Assembly (NCBI GenBank): GCA_030754315.1
Contig: JASMAO010000102.1
Span: 1 to 35,511 of the forward strand
DNA length: 35,511 nucleotides
Source: SAR202 cluster bacterium
GTDB taxonomy: Bacteria; Chloroflexota; Dehalococcoidia; Lucifugimonadales; JASMAO01
Direction of reading: 5' to 3'
Below are positions 1 to 7,875 of the stretch, one piece after another (positions within the stretch are counted from its first letter, which is position 1; every line of letters starts with the position of its first letter). The notes under the pieces were generated by a model. The model was not told the origin of the DNA and did no database searches. It was given only the letters and a program-made list of their open reading frames with translations. The translations under genes were made by a program, and so were the position numbers.

Positions 1-516
1 GACCCTGCTGATGGAGCAATCAACACAGTATTCACTGGCCTGGATAGCGTTTCTGACATAGTTACCTACGACCCGAGTGTACCAGGCGGTGCTCTGTCGG
101 CTAGTAGAGACGATGCAGGCACGCTGGTAGGTACTCTCGAGACGATTAACTCGAATGCGGGCTACTGGGTGTACACGTCTAAGTTCAAGACACTCGCAGT
201 AACCACTCAGCAGCTTGCGGCTGGTCAGGTGGCAACACTGCCCCCGTCCATTTCGATTGTGAAGGGCTGGAACCTTATATCGGTCGTAGATGTCACGGGC
301 ACGAAGGCCTCCGGCGACACCATAGCGCCTAGCGCTTATCTCGCCAGCATCTTCTCTAGTGTGACGAGGGTATACACCTTCGACACCGTGGCGAACGAGT
401 GGTCCTTAGTCGACCACCCGACGACGAAGATAACCGCCGGAACCGGTGATGACAATATGACGTTCGGAAAAGGTTACTTCATCTACGCGACTGAAGCAGG
501 GACACTGGTACCGTAA
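1..516 (+). CDS. Secreted/surface protein, C-terminal fragment; the 5' end lies left of the window
   Basis: Frame 1 is open from base 1 to the TAA at 514-516, so the listed GTG at 169 is probably internal. The sequence is Thr/Ser/Gly/Val-rich and beta-strand-like (GWNLISV, GKGYFIYA) with no recognisable catalytic motif. A strong terminator follows. Confidence 0.55.
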   Translation, partial: DPADGAINTVFTGLDSVSDIVTYDPSVPGGALSASRDDAGTLVGTLETINSNAGYWVYTSKFKTLAVTTQQLAAGQVATLPPSISIVKGWNLISVVDVTGTKASGDTIAPSAYLASIFSSVTRVYTFDTVANEWSLVDHPTTKITAGTGDDNMTFGKGYFIYATEAGTLVP

Positions 517-553
517 CGTCGCTGCGACATCGACTCTAGGGGTTTAGTAAATA

Positions 554-593
554 AGACCTCCCTCCTCTGAATGGGGAGGGAGGTCTGTTGTTT
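554..593 (+). terminator. Rho-independent terminator-like hairpin
   Basis: Perfect 12-bp GC-rich stem AGACCTCCCTCC (554-565) pairs with GGAGGGAGGTCT (575-586) across a 9-nt loop, followed by GTTGTTT. It starts 38 nt after the stop at 516. Confidence 0.6.
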
Positions 594-605
594 AGGAAGC
601 GTTGT

Positions 606-1835
606 ATGATTAAAAAACTGACTATAGCAGCGATTATTACAGTGGTTGCTCTACTCGGTACGTTTGTCTCCCCAGAAAAATCAGCAAATGCCCAGGTTAT
701 GTATCAGGCATTCATTTACTCTGGAGAGGCCACGGTTGGCGGAAAACCGATACCGAATGGGTTGAAAATCACGGCCCACGTTCTTGACTATTCCTCTGGG
801 CCAGTAACAGTAAAAGATGGCAAGTACAGTGGATTGAGCATTTGGCCTTGTTTATTGGAATCTGAGACTGCGATTGTTAGAGGGAAAGAAACCGTCACAA
901 CACAATGTAGCTCTGATGATCAATACCTGAACCAAACTGTTAGCTTTAGACTAGAAGGAAGCATCGTTCTGGCTGATGAAACGGACAAATTCGTAGCGAA
1001 TGGTGTGCCGTGGCGGAAAAACAAATTTAACCTCACTTTTCCAAATCTGCCTGTCCCGACCCCGACCCCGACCCCTATCCTTCCGACCCCCACCCCGACC
1101 CCTATTTTACCAACACCCACGGCTACTCCTATACCGCCTACGGCTACACCTACTCCAACTGCCACTCCGAGTGTTGCTTCACCGGCAATATACTCCGGTA
1201 CTGTGGTTGTGGCCGGGGCGGTAGTGCCCGAAGAAGCTGAGCTGGTAGCTCGCATTGGTAAATATCAGTCATTGCCGGCTGTCATTCAAGAACAACTTTA
1301 CAAAAATCTTGTCTTGGATCCTGGCGATCCAGCTCTAATAGGTTCGGATGTGGAATTTTACCTTAACGGTGTCAAGTCCAGAACAGTACATACATATCAA
1401 AGTGGGGCATCAGAAAAATCCTTAGATTTAATCTTCATAGGCTTACCAACAGCCACACCAGTGCCGCCGACGGCTACACCAAACCCACCAACAGTCACAC
1501 CAGTGCCGCCGACAGCCACGCCGGTGCCCTCAACAGCTACGCCCGTGCCGCACCCACCGACGGCTACAGCCACGCCAATGCCACCTACACCAACACCACC
1601 AACACCAACGCCAACGCCAACGGCTGTACCAGTGCCTACATCCACACCAGTGGCACCTGAAATAATATCTACCTTGCCAGCTACTGAAGAAACATCCGCC
1701 ACTGGGTGCCTTGCTGGCGGCAACATTAGTTCAACCGCAGCTGCTGCGAATCTTCTCCTACTTGGTGGCCCTCTTGGTTTGGTCGCAGTTTTGAAACGTT
1801 CACATCGAACTAGACGGACGCGACGCGGACAATAA
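606..1835 (+). CDS. Secreted cell-surface protein: signal peptide, two related beta-rich domains, two Pro/Thr linkers and a C-terminal sorting-signal-like tail
   Basis: ATG at 606 is preceded by AGGAAG (594-599); the TTG at 588 lies inside the terminator tail. The N-terminus MIKKLTIAAIITVVALLGTFVSPEKSANA-QV looks like a Sec signal with an AXA site. Both domains start with IYSG and end at L.F..LP. The tail has a hydrophobic helix followed by KRSHRTRRTRRGQ. Confidence 0.75.
   Translation: MIKKLTIAAIITVVALLGTFVSPEKSANAQVMYQAFIYSGEATVGGKPIPNGLKITAHVLDYSSGPVTVKDGKYSGLSIWPCLLESETAIVRGKETVTTQCSSDDQYLNQTVSFRLEGSIVLADETDKFVANGVPWRKNKFNLTFPNLPVPTPTPTPILPTPTPTPILPTPTATPIPPTATPTPTATPSVASPAIYSGTVVVAGAVVPEEAELVARIGKYQSLPAVIQEQLYKNLVLDPGDPALIGSDVEFYLNGVKSRTVHTYQSGASEKSLDLIFIGLPTATPVPPTATPNPPTVTPVPPTATPVPSTATPVPHPPTATATPMPPTPTPPTPTPTPTAVPVPTSTPVAPEIISTLPATEETSATGCLAGGNISSTAAAANLLLLGGPLGLVAVLKRSHRTRRTRRGQ
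1050..1172 (+). repeat. Pro/Thr linker 1: imperfect tandem repeats coding PTPTPTPIL x2 followed by PTATP units
   Basis: The ccgacc/ccc acc periodicity is visible directly in the DNA. The antisense and alternate-frame ORFs here are low-complexity artefacts. Confidence 0.7.
1446..1658 (+). repeat. Pro/Thr linker 2: about 70 aa of PTATPVP-like imperfect repeats
   Basis: Repeated units such as acagccacaccagtgccgccgacggctaca code for PTATPVPPTATPNPPTVTPVPPTATPVPSTATPVP... Confidence 0.7.
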
Positions 1836-1954
1836 GCGTTACAGTATCTAGCATGTGGTGTGTATTCTCTCGACCCCAAGGTTATGAGAATACTGTCTCT
1901 GTCGTCAGAAATCGGGCCTTATTCCAGTAACGCGGCGCCCTGATGGCAATAACC

Positions 1955-1984
1955 TTGACACCTGTTGCATGTGAGTGCTAGATT
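1955..1984 (+). promoter_or_regulatory. Putative sigma-70 promoter of hrcA overlapping a CIRCE-like half site
   Basis: TTGACA (1955-1960), an 18-nt spacer, then TAGATT (1979-1984). GAGTGCTAg at 1973-1981 matches the right arm of CIRCE (GAGTGCTAA) at 8 of 9 positions. Confidence 0.4.
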
Positions 1985-2027
1985 CGGGTTGCCGTCGTAC
2001 GTTCATCATGATTGGGATTGGTGGATC

Positions 2028-3059
2028 ATGTTGGGTTTGACTGAAAGAAAGAGCAAAATACTCAATTTAATTGTCCGTGACTATATCAAGGCGGCCGTGC
2101 CGGTTGCCTCTGAGTCCGTGGCACGCAGTCTAAATCTCAAACTCAGTCCCGCTACTGTTCGCAACGAAGTGGCCGAACTTGAAGAAGAAGGCTATTTGAC
2201 CCGGCCCCATTCCTCAGCGGGCAGCGTTCCCCTTGCAAAAGGATATCGTATTTATGTGGAGTCTGTTGCTTTGGTCCACAGACCTGAATTCCCGAGAGCA
2301 GTTCGTGCCTCGGTACGCGCTCGGTTGGGGAAAACGGAACAAGAACCTGATAGTTGGGCGAGTGCTGCGGCCGCCGTTTTAGCTAGTCTCGTCGGAAATT
2401 TGGCGATAGCCACTTTTCCCAAAGCTCTTGAGTCTCGAGTCAGGCATGTGGAAGTTGTCCCTTTACAAGGTCTGCTCGTTCTACTTATTGTGGTGTTTGG
2501 GCAGACTAGACTTAAGCGCCAACTTATTAGGCTCCATCGACCTATTGAAAGAGAAGTCATACAGACTTCTTCACGACGATTGCAGGCTTTGCTTAATGGA
2601 CGTAGTTGGCGAGAAATTAACAAGATTGATTTTGATTTGTCATCGCTAGAAAATCAGGTTGTTGACACCGCGACGAATATGCTTCGGAATGAGGACAGAA
2701 ATCAATATCAGGGGCATTTTCTAAATGGGCTTGGTAATCTTCTAAATCAGCCTGAATTTGCACATAAGGATACGGTGAGATCCGTAATTTATGGTATCGA
2801 GAATGGAACTCTAGCGCAGGCTGTTTTGGACGAGGTACCTGATGATCATACTGTTAATGTCGTTATAGGCGAAGAAAACAGAGATGGCATGCTTGCACCA
2901 TTAGGAGTGGTGATAGGTCAATACGGTATTCCTGGGGAAGCTGTTGGAGCTCTCGGCGCGGTTGGTCCGGTTCGAATGGAGTACGTGAATGCTGTATCAA
3001 GTGTTAATCTAATGGCTGGTATTTTGAACGAAATGGTTGAGGCAGTTACCGGCACCTAA
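2028..3059 (+). CDS. hrcA: Heat-inducible transcription repressor HrcA
   Basis: The N-terminal winged helix LTERKSKILNLIVRDYIKAAVPVASESVAR...SPATVRNEVAELEEEGYL is typical of HrcA. The start is set at ATG 2028 because the residues from 1965 have no homology-like content. Its position just upstream of dnaJ supports the call. Confidence 0.9.
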   Translation: MLGLTERKSKILNLIVRDYIKAAVPVASESVARSLNLKLSPATVRNEVAELEEEGYLTRPHSSAGSVPLAKGYRIYVESVALVHRPEFPRAVRASVRARLGKTEQEPDSWASAAAAVLASLVGNLAIATFPKALESRVRHVEVVPLQGLLVLLIVVFGQTRLKRQLIRLHRPIEREVIQTSSRRLQALLNGRSWREINKIDFDLSSLENQVVDTATNMLRNEDRNQYQGHFLNGLGNLLNQPEFAHKDTVRSVIYGIENGTLAQAVLDEVPDDHTVNVVIGEENRDGMLAPLGVVIGQYGIPGEAVGALGAVGPVRMEYVNAVSSVNLMAGILNEMVEAVTGT

Positions 3060-3157
3060 TCATTTCCAAATCCCTTTCTGGTAAAATAAACCCCAGTTAA
3101 TCCTCTGTTCCAGTCCCGAGAGTCGCTCACGATATTGGGTGCCTCTTTACAATGTTC

Positions 3158-3211
3158 TGTTCACTCTTGGGTTGGAAGTGCTTGTGTTGCTTATATCAAG
3201 ACCCATATAAT
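3158..3211 (+). promoter_or_regulatory. Possible dnaJ promoter with a degenerate CIRCE-like inverted repeat
   Basis: tGTTCACTC-N9-aAGTGCTtg (3158-3184) matches 6 of 9 positions in each arm against TTAGCACTC-N9-GAGTGCTAA, with the exact 9-nt spacer. It overlaps TTGTGT (3182-3187), which sits 18 nt upstream of TATAAT (3206-3211). Confidence 0.25.
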
Positions 3212-3236
3212 TGAGGCGATTGTACCTTTTCGCATT

Positions 3237-4403
3237 ATGACTACTAAAAAGCGCGACTACTACGAAATTCTAGGCGTCTCTCGGAATGCCTCTGAGGAGG
3301 ACATAAAGAAGTCCTTCAGGAAGTTGGCGTTCGAATTTCATCCTGATCGCAATAAATCAAAGGATGCTGCCACCAAATTCAAAGAAATCAATGAGGCATA
3401 TCAAATCCTTATTGACTCCCGCAAGCGAGCGGAATATGACCGCTTTGGTTTTGTTAGGTCTGGTACGAATGGCGATGCTAAGGGGTTTGATGGATTCGAT
3501 GTTTTTGGTGGATTCGGTGATGTCTTTGACGCGTTTTTTGGAGGATCAGGTTCTCGTACCCAAACCTCTGCTCAAAGAGGCGCAGACTTGCAGTATTCCA
3601 TGGCGGTGGCATTCGAAGAGGCAGTGTTTGGGGTTGAGAATCAATTTGAAATAGATAGAGTTGAGGTTTGTCGAGATTGTAACGGTAGTAGAACTAAACC
3701 TGGCACATCCCCCGTCAAATGTAAGAACTGCAGCGGTACCGGTGATGTGAGGCGCTCTCACCAAAGCATATTCGGTCAGTTCGTTCAGGTCCATCCCTGC
3801 ACCACGTGCAGTGGGGAAGGATCGATAATCACTGAAAGATGTTTAAATTGTCGAGGATTTGGCACCGAGAAGAGGAGCCGGAAATTGGCTGTGACAGTAC
3901 CTGCGGGTATTGAGGATGGGACTCAAATAAGATTGAGAGGTGAGGGAGAGTCAGGCCGATTCGGTGGATCTCCGGGAGACTTATATGTATCCGTTCGTGT
4001 AAAGAACCATCCTCTGTTTAAAAGAAACGAATATGACATAATCCTCAGCCATACCATTAATATGGTCCAGGCCGCGTTAGGGGCGAATGTGAAGGTATCA
4101 ACACTTGATGGACAATTCGATTTGAATATACCAGAAGGTTCTCAGACCGGAGATGTTCTCAGGCTTAAAGGATACGGTGTTCCCTATCTTAACAACCCTA
4201 ATAACAGGGGCGATCAACTTGTTACGCTTCGCGTTCAAACCCCCCAAGACCTGTCTCCCGAACAGAGACGATTACTTGAGGAGTTATCCTCCACTTTCGG
4301 GGAATCCGAACCGCTGGGGTCTAGTGAAGACAAGGGAACTTTCGGGAAGTTACGAGATGTGTTGGGCGGCAGAGACTCTACCAAGCATGATGGTGCTTCA
4401 TAA
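3237..4403 (+). CDS. dnaJ: Molecular chaperone DnaJ (type I)
   Basis: J domain with DYYEILGV...HPD, a G/F-rich region, and four CxxCxGxG zinc motifs ([32 protein letters not shown]). The start is ATG 3237 ([14 protein letters not shown]). Confidence 0.95.
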   Translation: MTTKKRDYYEILGVSRNASEEDIKKSFRKLAFEFHPDRNKSKDAATKFKEINEAYQILIDSRKRAEYDRFGFVRSGTNGDAKGFDGFDVFGGFGDVFDAFFGGSGSRTQTSAQRGADLQYSMAVAFEEAVFGVENQFEIDRVEVCRDCNGSRTKPGTSPVKCKNCSGTGDVRRSHQSIFGQFVQVHPCTTCSGEGSIITERCLNCRGFGTEKRSRKLAVTVPAGIEDGTQIRLRGEGESGRFGGSPGDLYVSVRVKNHPLFKRNEYDIILSHTINMVQAALGANVKVSTLDGQFDLNIPEGSQTGDVLRLKGYGVPYLNNPNNRGDQLVTLRVQTPQDLSPEQRRLLEELSSTFGESEPLGSSEDKGTFGKLRDVLGGRDSTKHDGAS

Positions 4404-4480
4404 GGGAAACACATCCGTTCCGGACTGGGTTTTTGCCAAGCAACTTAACTGGACTAGATCATAGTCGAAATGAAACTGTA

Positions 4481-5386
4481 ATGAAATGGATAGAGTTGAG
4501 TGTTACCACGCCCCCTGAATTCGTTGAACCTCTTGCCCAATTGTTTCGTCGCCATGGTCATGGTGGAGTGGCTATTGAGAACGTTGTTTGTTATAACCCT
4601 GACGAGGGTGAGAAGCTTCCCGATGGTGACGTTAAGGTTTTAACGTACGTTCCTAGAAAGGAATTCACTTGTGAACGACGCAATTGGATTGACTTAGGAG
4701 TGCGGTTGGTCGCGCATGTTGCGTCGATCTCGCCTCTAGTTGAAAGAGAGATTGACCAGGTGGACTGGGAGAATGCGTGGAAAGAGCATTTCCAACCTCT
4801 CCGTATTGGTGACAAGGTTGTAATCGTACCTTCATGGTCCGAATACAGCCCGAAAACTGGTGATTTAGTAACCTGTCTCGATCCAGGAATGGCTTTCGGC
4901 ACAGGTCACCATCCTACCACGAAGATGTGTATTGAACTTCTCGAGGAGCATGTTTGCCCCGGATTCGATATCTTGGACATGGGGTGTGGTTCTGGTATTC
5001 TGAGTATTGTTGCTGCCAAGCTAGGAGCGTCACGAGTGATCGGGTTAGAGATAGACGACGTAGCTGCTAACGTGGCCGCTTCCAACGTCAAATCAAACGA
5101 GGTTTGCGCTGTCGAAGTAATTCATGGAACTCTGCCTCATCCGGCTGTTGTCAACCGTACGTTTGACATCACTATAGCCAATATTTCTTCCCGGGAAATA
5201 GTAAAGTTGGCACCTCATCTGATGAGTTCAATGAAGCCTGAAGGTGTACTAATAGCATCTGGGATACTTGAAGAGAACGCAGATAATGTTGTTGAAGCAA
5301 TGTCGGCACGAGGCTCATCAGTAGTTGGGACATTCACTGAGGAAGATTGGGTTACCTTAGTTGTAAAGGGGCCGAGCTCTTCCTGA
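4481..5386 (+). CDS. prmA: Ribosomal protein L11 methyltransferase
   Basis: MKWIELSV N-terminus, FGTGHHPTT motif, SAM-binding motif DMGCGSGILS. It occupies the conserved position after dnaJ. Confidence 0.9.
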   Translation: MKWIELSVTTPPEFVEPLAQLFRRHGHGGVAIENVVCYNPDEGEKLPDGDVKVLTYVPRKEFTCERRNWIDLGVRLVAHVASISPLVEREIDQVDWENAWKEHFQPLRIGDKVVIVPSWSEYSPKTGDLVTCLDPGMAFGTGHHPTTKMCIELLEEHVCPGFDILDMGCGSGILSIVAAKLGASRVIGLEIDDVAANVAASNVKSNEVCAVEVIHGTLPHPAVVNRTFDITIANISSREIVKLAPHLMSSMKPEGVLIASGILEENADNVVEAMSARGSSVVGTFTEEDWVTLVVKGPSSS

Positions 5387-5454
5387 CCGGGTGAGTGTTT
5401 GATAGTTGGGATTTTATCCAGACTACCCTGTTACGTTAATCAAGACGAGGTATT

Positions 5455-6210
5455 ATGCATCGCTTTTTCCTGCCGAGTGACAGCATTGATGGGAGTGTAG
5501 TCCGGTTTCCAGATTCGACGTCACGTCAACTCTCCAGAGTATTAAGAGTCCAGATTGGTGAGAAGGTCGCTGTATTAGACAATACAGGGTGGGAATATGA
5601 AGTGACCCTTACAAATTTCTTGGATAATCAATCGGCTTTAGGCCATGTAGAAGAAAGCCGGTTATGTCCTGGCGAACCAAACCTCCACATCACCCTTAAT
5701 CAGTGTGTTCTGAAGGGAAGTAGCTTCGATTTGGTGTTACAGAAATGCACCGAGGTCGGAGTATCGTCGTTTGTGCCGGTTTACTCTGAACGAACAATAC
5801 CAAATATGGGCACAAATAGTGCTCAATCACGCAGGGAGTGCAGATGGCGCAGGATACTGACTGAAGCTGCTGAGCAGTCTGGTCGTGGCTTGATTCCGAC
5901 TCTCAATCAGGGTATAGATTTTCGCACAGCATGTAAGAAGGTCAGTGATACCGCGATAATTCCGTGGGAAGAGGAACGCAGCACAGGCCTACAAGGGGTT
6001 TTGCGGGAAATAAAGAGTGTAGAGGATCCATTGTCAAGAATGGAGATTTTCATTGGACCTGAGGGTGGATTCAGCACCTTCGAAATAGACTATGCTCGGT
6101 CCTTGGGTATCATTCCCGTCAGTCTCGGGGCGCGCATTCTTAGGGCGGAGACCGCAGCGATTGCCAGTGTGTCTGGAGTAATGTATGAATTGGGTTTGCT
6201 AGGAGGTTAG
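5455..6210 (+). CDS. rsmE: 16S rRNA (uracil1498-N3)-methyltransferase RsmE
   Basis: MHRFFLP N-terminus, PUA-like N-terminal domain, SPOUT C-terminus (IGPEGGFS..E). The dnaJ-prmA-rsmE order matches Bacillus yqeT-yqeU synteny. Confidence 0.9.
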   Translation: MHRFFLPSDSIDGSVVRFPDSTSRQLSRVLRVQIGEKVAVLDNTGWEYEVTLTNFLDNQSALGHVEESRLCPGEPNLHITLNQCVLKGSSFDLVLQKCTEVGVSSFVPVYSERTIPNMGTNSAQSRRECRWRRILTEAAEQSGRGLIPTLNQGIDFRTACKKVSDTAIIPWEEERSTGLQGVLREIKSVEDPLSRMEIFIGPEGGFSTFEIDYARSLGIIPVSLGARILRAETAAIASVSGVMYELGLLGG

Positions 6211-6239
6211 TAGCTATACTCATCGTTCAAAATTGGGTG

Positions 6240-7238
6240 TTATTCAGGGATAGGTGAGCGTCCGAGTAGTTCAGAGACGGCTTTCTGGACAGGCATGCCG
6301 TCGAATATAACTTTGTAAGTAGCGGACGTGATAGGCATTTCTATTCCCACTTGCCTGCTCAGCCTAACCGCAGCTGCTGTTGTGTCTATCCCCTCGGCAA
6401 TGTTCTTCATACCAGAGCGGATCTCGTCTATGTTCCTACCGGCTGCCAGCTGTTCACCAACGTAATAATTACGACTCAACTTGCTAGAGCAGGTTGCTAT
6501 CAGGTCACCCATCCCTGAGAGACCAGACAAGGTCATAGGATTCGCACCTAACTTGACGGCCAGGCGAGATATTTCTGCGAGCCCACGCGTAATGAAGGCA
6601 GCCTTGGCGTTGTCTCCATAATTTAGACCATCAATAACTCCAGCTCCCAGCGCGATGATGTTTTTCAGAGACCCACCGAACTCGACGCCCACGATGTCCG
6701 CGTTTGTGTAAACGCGAAATACATTTGAAGAAAGCAGGAATTGGGCTATTTCAGCAGCTTTTATGTTTGAGGAGGCAATAACTGTAGTTGAGGGTTTTCC
6801 ATCTATTATCTCGTTGGCTAGATTGGGTCCTGATAACGCGCAGATATTGGATCGTAGGTTCGCAGGTAACTCGTCAGAAAGAATCTGGCTCATTCGTTTG
6901 CCAGAATCGATCTCTATGCCTTTTGTAGCACTTACGATTACTGCAGAACGGCCAATGGATGTTGATATGGCGATTGCGTTTTCTCTAAGTGTCCGGGATG
7001 GAACCGCAATTAGGATTAGATCGGAGTCAGCAAATGCCTGACTGCTTGAAGCAGTTACAAACAGGTTGTCTGGAAATGGGACACCAGGGAGCAAATTTCG
7101 ATTCGACCGCGTAGCGTTAAGTCTGGCAGCCTCACTCTCAGTACGTGTCCACATCGTCGTGTCGTGGCCGTTTCTGGCAGTGAGAATAGCTAGAGTGGTT
7201 CCCCAACTGGTCGGGCCGAGCACTCCGACCTTCGCCAT
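6240..7238 (-). CDS. gpsA: NAD(P)H-dependent glycerol-3-phosphate dehydrogenase
   Basis: The sequence MAKVGVLGPTSWGTTLA is a Rossmann motif, and the NYGDNAKAA and GLSGMGDL motifs are present. The start is ATG at 7238 with GAAGGA 6 nt upstream. The longer ORF to 7304 would overlap plsY. Confidence 0.9.
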   Translation of the reverse strand: MAKVGVLGPTSWGTTLAILTARNGHDTTMWTRTESEAARLNATRSNRNLLPGVPFPDNLFVTASSSQAFADSDLILIAVPSRTLRENAIAISTSIGRSAVIVSATKGIEIDSGKRMSQILSDELPANLRSNICALSGPNLANEIIDGKPSTTVIASSNIKAAEIAQFLLSSNVFRVYTNADIVGVEFGGSLKNIIALGAGVIDGLNYGDNAKAAFITRGLAEISRLAVKLGANPMTLSGLSGMGDLIATCSSKLSRNYYVGEQLAAGRNIDEIRSGMKNIAEGIDTTAAAVRLSRQVGIEMPITSATYKVIFDGMPVQKAVSELLGRSPIPE

Positions 7239-7260
7239 GGAAGTTCCTTCCGTGTACTGT

Positions 7261-7875
7261 TTAAAGACCTTCGGCTCGATGACCCAATTTACGTTCTTTG
7301 CCACTCATAAGCCGTTGGATGTTTTCTTTATGCCTGACTACAATTATAGTGGCGCCAATGGGCCCGTACCACACATAGGCTAGTGGATGTAAATCCAAGA
7401 GTGAAAGAACAATGAGCGTAATAGCGCCAGAGGTGGCACCAACTATAGAACCTAGGGAAACATATCGGGAAACGGCAATAGTGATCAGGCCCACAAATGA
7501 GGCTACTATGCCTGCAATCGGTGAGAGGACAATAAGGCCAGCCCATCCGGGCGCAGTACCTCGTCCACCCTTGAAATTAGAGTATAGAGGCCAGTTGTGC
7601 CCCATGATGGCTGTTATCGCGGCAACGACATCTATACCCAAGGAATCGGTGAACAATCTTGTCAAAACGACAGCTAATATAGTTTTCCCCATGTCCAAAC
7701 TGAGAACCAACATACCTGCCCATATGCCAACAGTACGGATTACGTTGGTCATCCCTGTCATGCCACTGCCATGTTCGCGAACATCGATGTCGCCGAAGAT
7801 CCTTCCGGCAATTAACCCGAATGGCACTGAACCCAGTAGGTATCCCACCACCGCGAATACGAGGAAATCCGTCAC
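7261..7875 (-). CDS. plsY: Glycerol-3-phosphate acyltransferase PlsY
   Basis: About 200-aa polytopic protein with GSVPFG, HGSGMTGMTN (family GSGN.GATN-type motif) and GGRG motifs. Its GTG start overlaps the der TGA stop (GTGA). Confidence 0.9.
   Translation of the reverse strand: MTDFLVFAVVGYLLGSVPFGLIAGRIFGDIDVREHGSGMTGMTNVIRTVGIWAGMLVLSLDMGKTILAVVLTRLFTDSLGIDVVAAITAIMGHNWPLYSNFKGGRGTAPGWAGLIVLSPIAGIVASFVGLITIAVSRYVSLGSIVGATSGAITLIVLSLLDLHPLAYVWYGPIGATIIVVRHKENIQRLMSGKERKLGHRAEGL

Noticed and set aside
920-1879. Antisense and alternate-frame ORFs (920-1255 minus, 1000-1224 plus, 1397-1879 minus) rich in G/V/A/T or P/R/L
   Set aside because: They lie entirely over the Pro/Thr repeat-coding DNA of the 606-1835 gene. 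They are low-complexity translations with no start context, which makes them artefacts of the repeat composition.
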